From Chlorokybus atmophyticus (lineage: Eukaryota; Plantae; Mesostigma and Chlorokybus algae), in NCBI GenBank assembly GCA_009103225.1, contig RHPI01002656.1, positions 62,001 to 125,564 of the forward strand: 63,564 bases of DNA. Direction: 5' to 3'. Shown one piece after another: positions 29,396 to 42,000 of this stretch; positions within the stretch are counted from its first letter, which is position 1, and each line of letters opens with the position of its first letter. The notes under the pieces were generated by a model. The model was not told the DNA's origin. It made no database searches and saw nothing but the letters and a program-made list of their open reading frames with translations. The translations under genes and the position numbers were made by a program.

Positions 29396-31351
29396 GTGGC
29401 TGCTGCTGAGGAACTCGGAGGCTACACCGCTATGGCAGCGTCTGAACTTGAGTACTACCTCTTCAATGAGAGCTATCAACAGGCACACGTAAGTTGGACA
29501 CGAGTACCATACACTTTCAGTTGCATACACAAAGTGCACAAGTTGACATAACTGTGGGCTTTTCGATGTATGTGCTACTTGATATGCTATCGTCGTGTAC
29601 TCTTTGCCAACAACTCGTATGTTGCCCTGTGGTGCAGAAACAAGGCCACCACCAGCTCACGCCCGTAGGCTGGCAGTCCGAGGACTATCACACCTTGCAG
29701 GGCACACGCGAAGAGTTCTTCAATGGTAGGCTGCATGCGTGCACAACAACTTGTCACATCTAGTGTTTCAACGGTGTGTTGTCGAGTCGGTGAAGGTTGA
29801 ACAGCTTGCTTGCAGCTCCGGCGCGGAGGCACCTCAGCCTCTCTGGCGTTCCAGTAGAGAACAGGTGAAGAAACGGTGTTGCTTACCTTCTGCATTGCAC
29901 AGCAGAGCACTTGTCAATTATTGCGCCTTGTTAAGTCGATTTGTGTATGCAGTAAGGGTGAGTTTGGGCACGGCCAGCACGAGTTGAACGTCAAGTACAC
30001 CAATGCATTGACAATGGCCGACCGCCACGTCGTGTACAAGCAGGTCTGGCTTACAACTCGTTTGTTTGATTGATGATGAAGATGTGCGTTGTCTCATCGA
30101 TGCTTCGTTGCAGTGTCTTAAGGAGCTAGCTGAGAAGCTTGGCGTGAGCGTCACGTTCATGGCCAAGCCGCACGCCGAGCAGGCGGGCAGCGGGTGCCAC
30201 ATACACTTGTCGCTGCAGAAAGATGGCCGCAATGCATTCGTTGGGGACGAGAGCATTACGGGAGCAAAGGGCAGCGTGAGGTGGGTTTCTAACACATGTT
30301 GTCTGGTACAATAGTGTGTTCAAGGGGTGACCAAGTCTCTGTTTGCTTTTTGCAGCAAAGAGTTCAGATGGTTTCTGGGAGGATGGATGAAGCACACGCC
30401 AGATCTGATGGTGTTCTACGCCCCCAATGTCAACAGCTACAAGCGCTTTGTCGCGGGCAGCTGGGCACCCACGCGCATCGCATGGTAATATTGCGTGCGT
30501 GCGTGCGTGCGTGCGCGTGTGTGTCTTGTGGAGTGCTCAAAGTAAGCCGTGCACATTGTCTAGTGCAAGACCACCACATGGCTGATCCACCAACACTACA
30601 CGACAACGCGAACATAGTACAACACTACAACTTGTGATGATGCCGGCCAACATGCTCTCACTACCTCATAGGAGCCAAGACAACCGCACGAGTCCCTTCC
30701 GCGTTGTCGGCCACGGCAGCGCTCTCCGGATAGAGTGTCGGCTGCCCGGGGCGGACTGCAACCCGTACCTGGCGTTTGCGGCCGCGCTGGCGTCCGGCCT
30801 CGACGGCATCAGAAATCGCATCGAACCACCTGCGGGAGCCAGCGGAAACGTGTACAACGCTTCTGAGCTGCAACATGTGCCGCGCTCGCTGGTATGTGGT
30901 GTTGTAATATGTTGTGTTGCGTTGTGTTGTGTGCATGTGCTAAAGTATGAGTATTCCTATTCTATTCTAAGTCAAACTTGATATGACACAACAAACAAAA
31001 ACCCATATCCACGAAAATAGATACAACATTGCATTGGCCTTTGTGTCTCTGCTACAGCTTTCTCTTCTACAGTGCATTAGTGCCTTGCTTGCCACTGAAA
31101 GAACCAGACATCCAATTTACCTTTGCGCTTTGCTGTATCTCTCTAGTGCATTAGTGGCTTGCGTGCCATTGATCGTCTCTGATGTCTTGTAGGCGAAGGC
31201 AACGGAGCGGTTTGCAAGCAGCGCTTTCGCAGTGGAGATGTTGGGCGAGGATGTTCACCACCATTACACGCACTTTTTTCGTACGGAACAGCTCGCATAC
31301 GACAGCGCAGTTACGAGCTGGGAGCGGGAGAGGTACTTCGAGCAGATATGA
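29396..31351 (+). CDS. GSI-family protein, bacterial GlnA4-like probable gamma-glutamyl ligase. 5' part missing, at least 8 exons
   Basis: Spliced motifs AASELEYYLF, VENSKGEFGHGQHELN, TFMAKP..GSGCHIHLSL, FYAPNVNSYKRF..GSWAP, DNRTSPFRVVGHG, RIECRLPGADCNPYLA and WERERYFEQI*. Introns are GT-AG. Confidence 0.9.
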
Positions 31352-32155
31352 TTGGTTTACTTTAAACAACTCACCGCAGATTAACAGTAGCGGCACAAGC
31401 ACATAAGTATGTCGTAAGCTACGGCACAGGTTCTGAGTTTTGCAGTTGGACAAGCTGTTCAGTCTTCATACGGGTTGTTGTGCAAGTCTGTTCCTGGGCT
31501 TGGGGCTGTCCAGGCCTGGTGCGTGTAAAAACTTTGCAAGACCACCAATACGACAAACACATGCGTGTGAGAGCACTCCGGTATACAGGTCAAATGCAAT
31601 CAATGCTCAACAACATATAGATCAACATCACAAGCAATTTCTTCAAGCACAAATAATCAGCACCGCTAGCCTACCACTCATGTGCACAATGCAGCACAAC
31701 ATGGCTACGAAACTCCGACATAAGCTAAGAGCATGACTCCAACCTGCGCTGCATCCCTGCAAATTGTGTGTGTGGATAGGTATGTGGCTGAGCCGGATGC
31801 CAGACCATGCACGAGTACACAGTAATAGAGGCTTCAAGATTGAAGCAAACACAGCAGCACATCACACACACCAGCAAGCAACCACATACAAAGTCGCTTA
31901 ACTACTCTGCATACTCAAGCACAACTAGATTAAACTACGGGGGCTGCTTGCGACATGCAGTTATGTGCTAGGCAGGCTATGCAGGCAGGGCAGATAAAGA
32001 CCGGTCTCGCGGCAGCAGCAGTCTGAGGACAATATGCGCGGGTCGATATAGTGCCACGTGTGCGTTGCTATTCACCGAGTTGGTATTAAGTGTACAAGAG
32101 AAGGTATGCTGCAATATGTGTGCTGTGCTAGGTAAGGTGACAAAAATGATAGCAA

Positions 32156-32423
<268 letters not shown>

Positions 32424-32664
32424 GTAGCGCTCAGTACCTACAGGGGCAGCACCCAGAAGTGGAGGGAGAGGTTAGAGACGCCATACATTCAAGGCCCTTA
32501 GATGTATGGCGTGACGCAATTAGCGTCTCTAACTGAGTTTGTTTTGTTGATTAACAATGCCTGTGCACTAGTGTTTATTCCTAGTTTGACAAGTCAAAAA
32601 ATCTGCTTGATAAGCATTGATATTGACGCAACACATGGTGGCCATGTGCATTGTGTAACATACA

Positions 32665-32667
<3 letters not shown>

Positions 32668-32742
<75 letters not shown>
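32668..32742. repeat. (GA)n microsatellite next to an N at 32750
   Basis: Pure GA run of about 75 bp. Confidence 0.97.
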
Positions 32743-32748
<6 letters not shown>

Positions 32749-35302
32749 CNTATGTATACGTACATATAATTATAGGTATATACACAATTATATTTTTAGT
32801 TTTATTTATATACATCATATGCACGCACTTGTCATGTTCACACGTGTAAGCTAGATTAATGTCTCAAACCTTAACAAGTATTCTTCAATAATTTGCTACT
32901 GATGGACTAAATACAAGAGTGCAATCGTGCAACAACTTGTATTGAATACACAAACCATTCATGTGACATACATTATGTGTTCGTGTGTTCGTTGCATTGT
33001 TGCACTCTTTGGCTTTGTATAATATCATCCAATTACATGATTTGACATGACGTACTACTAAATACTAACTACTAATTGCAGAATATCACTTACACAATCT
33101 TGCGTTGCGGTAAACGACCACATCGCGATCAATTATTACAAGATTGTGTGAGTGATACTATGCAATGACTATATCGGGCATCTCTTACTGTCCAGCTGCA
33201 AACGTGTGCATATGCATGACGTGTGTACACGAGTAGGTGTGTTGCTCGGTTCGATTTATGCGACCACATTGGTAACAAAATAAAAACGACCCGCGAAAGT
33301 ATCTTAAGAAGCAAATTTGCTTGATAAGATACCTTAAAGCGTCGCGAGCATTTGACGACACGGTACAAAACACCGCATACCGCATGTATATATACTCTTT
33401 CGAAGGCCCTTCCGGATTACTAGAACACTTTTACCACTAATGATATTAACATACTTATGTCTGCCATAACTTGTAACGCATGTATTCAATAAGCACATTG
33501 GTAGACCCGCAAGTATGGCGCATGCCCTGCTGACAAACATGAACATTGGCAAAATGTGTCCATTTGCATGAGTTGAAATCGCCACCCGAGGACTATTCGG
33601 CGGTTCTCGCTCGTCAATCATGTAGATAGTATCAGCGGTGGTTCATATTGGTAATACAGTAGACACCACTTTAATGCGCGCATGTGTATTTTGTTCGTTT
33701 GAAATTTGTGTCAATGTGCGCCTACGAGCATGTGAGCAGTTAAACGCTTTGATGGTTTCATTGACCCGCTACAGGAGCCATCAACTCAATATGCGCCTGT
33801 TGATTCCGTGCAAGGCAATGCTACAAGCTATTGCCATGAGTGGGGGTCTCAGCACCGGAAAAGGAGCAGAAATAGGAGAAGCAACTTGTTGATTATGAGG
33901 AGCGATATGAGCATGAGCAACGAGCTGTCTCACCTGGCTGCAGGCATGCAGAAAGCGGTTATTTCAAGTTGATCGCTAACACAGCGACGATCTTCTCTAC
34001 CAGTGGATGTCTCAAGAGCTCTTGCACGTCGGGCTTCAGGCACTTCTGCTACTACGGCCATATCTTGAAGTTGTTGCAGATTTTGTAGAGCCATGACTTG
34101 CTGCGCGCTCGATATGCCATGAGACTTTTGCCACTACGCATTGACATGCAACATACTTGGTAAGACCGCCATTAGATATATGCATGCTATGCAAACAATA
34201 TTGCAGTATTTATCAGCTTTTGCTTGCTGGTTTGCTCGTCCAGTTTGCACATTGTGATCAGCACCTTTTGCATAATCCAGCATATGCTTAGTGACAACAC
34301 CTGAGCTTCGTTCATAATGAGACTGTGTACTGCTACTTGCTGTACCATCTAGCCATCACTTGCATTACATAATGACCATGCACGATTGGAAGCCAATCAC
34401 CGACCACACACAATTGACACGGTCATGTGTCGTGTTGCCAACTTAGCAACATGAAAAGCAACAAGCCTTGTTGGTTCTTTTATTGAAATATTAAAATACA
34501 ATGTATACAGCGAGCTTTTCATCAACACACGCAATCGCTAATGCGTGATCAATACCATATTATCATGTTAAAACTTACGAAATTGAGCTTTACAATCTTA
34601 TTTTTACGATAATGCATATTGAATGCATTTATATACTTCTATATGACCGCATGCGAATTCTTTTTACTTCCGCTTTTTAATATGGACAGATTAATTAAAT
34701 GTGAGCAGTATCAATATATACAGCTCATCATATTGTATGCATTTGATTCTTATATGAATGCATGCCTTGATGCTTGCACGTTGTGGTTTGCAAATCATCA
34801 TTTAGCTTTGGAAACAAAACATTGTTAAAAAGGTATGGTAGCAACAATGATGTGCGTAGCAATTATGGCTTGCAATACACAAATAAACGACATGTTTTTG
34901 GTCGTTATTCTGCCATGGCAACTCATTAAGGCAATTACAAATAGATGTTCAACAGTTAAAACCAAGTTTGGTCTATTATGCAGCTTTGTTTAACATACGT
35001 TTAAAGGTTTAAAGTAGTGTAAATTGTAACATAAAAACAGTACATTATACAATCATGTGTATAAATCTGAGCACTTGAGGGGCTAGTGTATATTATAACA
35101 TTAAACGCTTCAGTTTCAAGTATGACACGTGCTTTTTGTTGATAAATTACAACTACTGCGACAGTATTTACTGTACCATCTATTCAACTTGCATTGGCAA
35201 CATCACTTGTAATGATAATGCAATATAGTACGTAATCACATCTTGTAAGTGCACCGCTTACATAATGTTTTGCTACTGTATCAACAATACATCGCTTTAA
35301 GC

Positions 35303-38300
35303 ATGTGTTTGATATTATTGCTACATATTTATGCGTATACACTTGTACGTCTGCTAGCAAGAAGCAAGTGTAATCAAGCGTAACTTGCATCCTTTTGGTA
35401 TTTTAGATTTTCAAATCATGATATGCAATACATAACATGCTGCAACGACATGCAACCTCTTGTCAAAGGCTAATCAAACCCCGACAAAGTTAAATTGCCA
35501 TCAAAGAAGCAAAATTGCTTTTTGAATGCACTCAACAAGTGACGATCATCAAATCCATGCGACCGTGTTACATATGATGTTCTATTATGTACTGTTTGTA
35601 ATACTATAATTTGCATGGATTTATTTTTCGACCAAAGCCTTGTTCGCTCTTCCCTCCTAAGACAGTCTTATACGCGATTCTTCCCAACTTATGTATGCAA
35701 ATGGTATTACCAACGACAATACAACGGCGTTGTGCCGCTGAGAGAGATAGGTACGTCATTATGTCGTCGTATTAAAGTCACTAATAAAATGATACATGAT
35801 ACATATAACATTCATAGTTATGGTATGGCATCTATTCCTCTTCCTCTTTATCATTTTTGTTATTATTACCATTATTATCATCATTATTTTATCACGTTTG
35901 CACCACACTTTCATTTATGTTGGAATAAATGAGTGCATGATGTTGTGGTTACAACAACAGCAGCACTGGCTGGGCAGTTGATTGTACAGCGTCTTTTCAA
36001 GTAACTCTTGTATGCATACAATAATTATATGAATATATAAATGATTCACTTATTGCATTTCATATAAGCATAAATAGACCATTGTGTGCATGTTTAGTCA
36101 TTTGCACTATACTACATAATTGCAAATGGCACAGTTCAACTCACATACACTATGCTGATCGAGCAATAACAACAACAAGATTGTCATAAACTTGTAATTA
36201 ATGTCTGACTTGACTTTAGTACAATATTGGTTCATATATCTCTTATGCCACTATATGTATAATGCTTCACTTGTTACATTGCATATCAATAATAATCATC
36301 ACATACAGTTGTTTACATCCACAATTGCTTGCATTGACTTAATTATAACCAACCATATAATAAAGAGTGACAACTTGCCATTCTTAATAATAAGACAATA
36401 TATATATGTGCGCGTGTGTGTGTGTGTGTGTGTCATCAAACAGTATAACATTACACGATTGCAATGTATTGTATATATGTGTAACCATCTTAATCATGTT
36501 TCTAATTACTTTTATTAATTGCTAAAGATTCATGACAACATACATCACAATACAGTGAGCGAGGGTGGGGGTAAAGGTGGGGGGGGAAAATGTAAAACCA
36601 ATCCACTTGTACGAGCAAGTTACATGAGATTTTAAAAACCCGGAATGTGATATCTCTTCTCACCTTTTGTCGGTAATATGCATTTTACACATGAACAATG
36701 CAAAGAGTTCATCTGCGTATTATATATGTACAGCGTAAAGCATCATAGCATACATGGCCGATATGTTTATAAGGTACATGATACAAACATAGAAATGCGT
36801 TACAGCGCGCAGCTGTTATTATCGTACTTATATGATAGCATAAAATGTGTCATTGTCGCTTGCTTTGATGTTACATGATATCAACATGAATTTAAAGTTG
36901 AACAGTGAGTATATATATATATATATACATATATGGATCAATTGACTATGAAGCATTGCAGAAAACTGGATGCACAAAAAAAAAGCAAAAGATATTTGTT
37001 TACAGCCTGTGAGGACAGATGTGTGCATGACATGTAAATTACAGCTGACCATGATGTTGATGGTGTCCACCTTCATTTTGAAGTTGTGCAATCATCAGTC
37101 TCAGGATGCGACAAACGGGTGGACACTGTCAAAACGGAGTCAGGGGTCTCGTGCGCGTGCAGATGCGATGCATGCGCCACGCGTCGTCGGCACGCACACG
37201 CTGGCAACGGGACCGTTCACCACAGTCAAAACTGCCAGCGGTTGGGGGCCACGGACATGCGCCGCCAAACCCCGTACCGCCAAAAACCCTCGCCGCACCT
37301 AACCACACACTAGGTGACAAACCACCTCCACGCGGGGGAAAAGTACTCTCAGGTGGTTAAGCAACGTGTTTAAGATCAGTGGAACTGCCCAAATTCACGG
37401 CTAGCTGACCGGCCAGTCTGACCGCGACCACCACAGTGTGGCTCGTGGCAATCTGTACAGTAAAGCGCTTTGTTTGAATGTCTGCTTGGGTTTGAGCGGC
37501 GGCGGCGGCTCCCGCGGAGAAGGCGGCGGCAGAGGAGGCGGCGGAGGTCCCGGCGGAGAAGGGCAAGGTGCGGGAGAAGGAGGAAGGGTTAGAGAAGCTT
37601 AGCGCCGGTGGTTTGCTGGGAGGGCCGTAGTGGCAGGTTGCTTTGGGAGGAAGACTGAGCGAGCATGACAGGGCGTTACTCCCGCTGCTAGTAGCAGCAG
37701 CACCCGCCTGCGCCCGCCGCTCCGCTTTTGCTCACTGCTGCTAGCAGCGGAGTCTTTCATGCGACCGTGCATGCCGCGGAGGTAATGCGCTCGTGTGGTT
37801 GGTTCTGAGATACCCTTTCTTGCTTTGGCTAGAAGGTGCATTCATTTACACCGACCACGTGCGTTGACGCAATAGACACTGTGCATTTGTTGAAGCCGCG
37901 CATCAGACATTGAGCTTGTTCACTGGATGCAATGCGGTCAACAGGCCACATGATCATCAGTGAGCCTGTACCACATGTTAGGATGTTAATTGCTTCATTT
38001 TGTAGTCTCAACGCTAGCTAACCAGCTGGGAGGCATTGGTCTCCTCTCGATGCTCGTGGCGCATACTTGTGGCGCCACATTCACAGCTTCATTGCAGCAT
38101 GTCAAATCAATAATTTAGCTGCAACATCACCAAAAAACCACCATCTGAAGTCTCAGAGCAACCGATGCTGCCATTTGCATGAGCTACCTAGATGCAGAAA
38201 ATGCAGTAAGTTTTCATTTGAAGGTATTAGCTTGCGTGTCATCGATTATGGCACGCTGCCCTTACGCCTATAAAGGCGAGCAACGAGCACAACTTGACAG

Positions 38301-39086
38301 CATGTTTATGTCAATATCAGAATTCTCCACACCACTATCAGCTCAGTCATGACTGTGGTTTAGATAAGGAGAATGTGCCGAGGCAGCAACCACCTTGTTG
38401 ATGCTGCAACTCACAGTCATTTGGGTATGCAATGCAAACATGGCTTCCACAAGATGCAAGTGGCAATGGCTGGTTGTGTTGAATCTTTCCTCGCAGATTG
38501 CCTTGATGGTGGTCGGGGAGTACCTTCCATCACTGCTCCAAGAGAGCACGCCAGACAGGGCATCCGACAGGTCATCTAGGTGGGCTGCACCGGACCGAGC
38601 ACCAGAGTCCGCCATGGATGGTGTAGAGAAGACTCCCATTACAAGTCAACGTGCAGCCAGCAATGGCGTCCCTGACAGCAATGGCAGCACTGCTGATGTA
38701 CGCTCGAGAGACCGCCTGAGTAGCTTGCGCCTCGCGTTGCAGCAAGATGCCCTGCAGGTAGCACATTGTTGGTTGGGTGGAGCTCTGGCAATGGCGGTGG
38801 GTTGTGCAAATTGAAATTGCTTTGAGCTTTGTACGACAATTGAAAGTTGTGCGAGGTCTCGCAGTTGCCCCCGCACATGCAGGAGTTGGTGCGCGCGTGT
38901 TCCATGCGCCCCGTGCAAATGCCCACATATTATGGAAAGTTTCCAGCTGTACAGCTCTCAGACCTTCCCGGGCAGGTCTTTGAGGGCGACTCCCGCTCAC
39001 CCGACTCCACTACTGGTGCGCAAAGGTTCATGTTATGTGTTGGAAGGTTGTAACAACACAACTTGACTGTTGGTTTTGCTCTCAGG
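35303..39086. repeat. Copy B of the 3,784-bp duplication (native position: upstream region and first exons of SPIKE1)
   Basis: Apparently identical to 25352-29135. Only this copy continues into further DOCK exons. Confidence 0.95.
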
Positions 39087-42000
39087 CAACGGCGACAGGA
39101 CATCACAGGCAAGGCTTTGATGCTGCCAGGAACACCTCATGTTGCAATGTGTGCTCTGGCCTTGTGAGCTAATGAAGGCTGTAGTGTATGACTCACCCTT
39201 GCAATACAATGACCAGGTCAGAGGACCATTACTCCAAGTGTACGACCCCTTGTGCAGTTTTCAGAATGAAACTGAGTCTGCACCACTAACAGCGATGCGG
39301 CGAACAGCATCACCAGCTGTCATAACAGACCCAAGGTTGGTCTTGCATTTCTGCGTGTCCTGCAAGCATGTCACAGGTACAGCATCTGCTGGCATGGACA
39401 AACATTAGACTGCATGATATTGCAGGGGTGCTCCATTCATGGTGGCGCTCAAAGTGTTGGACTTTGATGTTGGCTGCTTTGGTACGTGTCCAGCAGTTGC
39501 CAGGACGACTTTTACATGCAGTGTGCTGCAAAGCATTCAGGACGTGCTATACCGCATGGTTACTCAATGTGCCATAGCAGTATGCATTTGCTTACGTATG
39601 GTAAACCGTTCTTTATGGCAGAGAGAGTTCATGGTACAGCTGCATTGTGGAACATACATCGCCGCCACAAGCTCTCTGAAGATGTACAGTTTGGAGTTGC
39701 ACCTCAGGATTATAAGGTATGCTATAGGTTGCTATAGGTTGTGTTTGGTAAGTATAAGGATGCATTTCTGTTCCTGCTTCAAGAAAGCTGTGCTGCAGTG
39801 CACAAGTGCACAACCGTGTAGGACTTACTCAGTTCGCCTTGCGCAACAGGACGGGAAGCCTCCCATCATTCCATTGCGGTGCATTTTTGCGCTAGCCGAA
39901 GAAGAGATGGTAGCTTCGACTGTCATCCTGCTGCAGCTCAGTCGCAGTGCCACTGGAAAAACGCACGGCATCAAGACCAGCCAGTACACAAAGCCTAATC
40001 GGCCATCGGTGGGTGGCGCTTTGCTTGTCTGCAACCTGCCCCCTTCATAGCGCACGGCCCAAACAGTATGGAGTCTTCAGTAAGAAGGTTGCTGCTTATT
40101 CTTGAGCGCACTATGCAGGATCGTGAACGACAAAAACTTCAAGCCACCATGCAAGACTGGTCCAAGAAGATGCCAGCTACTGAACAGTTTGCGTGGGCGT
40201 TGGTCGAGCTGTTTGCTGCAGATGGGTCTTCTCCGTTCAGAGAAGGCCAGAGCCTGGTTGTTGACATCAACCCGCTGCACTGTCAAAAGGAGAGTTACTC
40301 TGAGACATCTCTGTTGGACTACATCAATGTAAGTGCTCTTTTCTGGGACTTGTGGGCCATGACAATGCCAGTGTTTGCGTGTCATGTATTCGTCTTGCGT
40401 GTCATGTATTGGTGGTGTGTGTGACAGGATCCTCGCAGAAAGATTCATAAGCCCATTCGTGCCAAGTGCCAAGTGCACATACAAAGGCTGCCAGGCACGA
40501 CCGTGAACCCGTTTGCCGCGGTTAGCGACATTGGTCTGGACCAAACCTTTGGTGCTCCAGCGATTGCTGTCGGAAATGGTGTGGTTGCCCAGCCTTCACC
40601 AGGAGCTGCGATGTCGCCACTGGTTCATGACGGCATTGTCTCTGAGCGCATCACAGCCATTACATCACCACCTGTTGCCAGTGGCGTTGTCACAAAGGTG
40701 AGTCATGACTGCTGGGCTGCATGTGCTCTGAGCTCTCACTTTGCGACGTACACATGGTCAAGTTTTGGTGCTGCACCACGCAGGTGCAATTTTGAACGTG
40801 TCTTCACACGTGCGATACAGGAATGGGCTTGGCCAGTTGCATGATGTATCGAGTTCACTCCATCTGCTAACTACTTTATAATGCTGTGTAGGCTCCCTCA
40901 ATACCTCAAGCAGTCAACTTCCGCTTGCTACTACAGCCCATCCCGCATGCACGCCTATACAACCTGCTGTACATATACCCGCGAACCTTCACGGCCAAGA
41001 AGCCATGCAATGTATTTGTTCGCATAGAGCTTCGCGACGGCCCTGGTGGTCAGCCGCTTCCCGCGTTCGTGACTCCAACCGGCTTGCAAACTCAAGCCAA
41101 CACTCAGCTGAACTGGGCTAGTCGGTTAGCCCTCTTTCATGACGAGATGAAGCTACAGCTCCCACCCATCCTCACACCCCACCATCACTTGCTGTTCACC
41201 TTCCTTCACGTTGAACCGCCTGCGACCGGCTTCTTCGCATCCAAAGGGAAGAACGACACGTGTGAAGTAGGCGTCCTTGGCTTTGCTGCATTTCCTGTAA
41301 GTTGCTTGTCTTGTCAGTCAACTACCTCTTGACCTACCTTGTACTATTGCAGAATGCATCTTGATCAGTACTGCACGCAGTTGTTGGAAGAGGTTGGTGA
41401 GATCTCCAGATTGAGGTTCACTAAGGTGGATGAGCTGCACAACTTGCCGGTCACAGGCCGCGCGCCATACCGGTCACTGCCTGCTGCTGATAAGTCCTTG
41501 TTCCTGGAGGATCAAAGCTACTTCTCAGTGCGGATGCGCGTGGTGTCCTCACTCAATTCATGTGATGAAGCTTTGTCGGCAGTGTTTGAGCTGTACTCTC
41601 GCTATGAAATGGTATGGGTCTTGTGCTCTATGTTGCATTGTTGACCAGCACTGTAGTTTGTGCCACTGCTAACAGTCATTGTGCAACCCACACTGTCAGG
41701 CCAACGGGATGAAGAGCGACGAAAGCAGCTTTGAGCGCGCTATTCGCAACTTGACAAACTGCCCAGATGCAATTCTCGTTCAGTACTTGCATCCACTGCT
41801 CAGCATGCTGCTTCGGGTTGTAGCGACGGGTCAGGGTTCGCTACGTGCAGCGGCTTTCGGTTCAATGCTGAATGTTTGCCAGCGTTTACAGAAAGACGAG
41901 CCGGTGAGCTGCTGACTCTCTATTTGCAATGGGGCCATGTCCACACCTGTCACTGTCAACAAGTATATGAACATGTTGGTGGTGATGTGCGCAATGCTGT

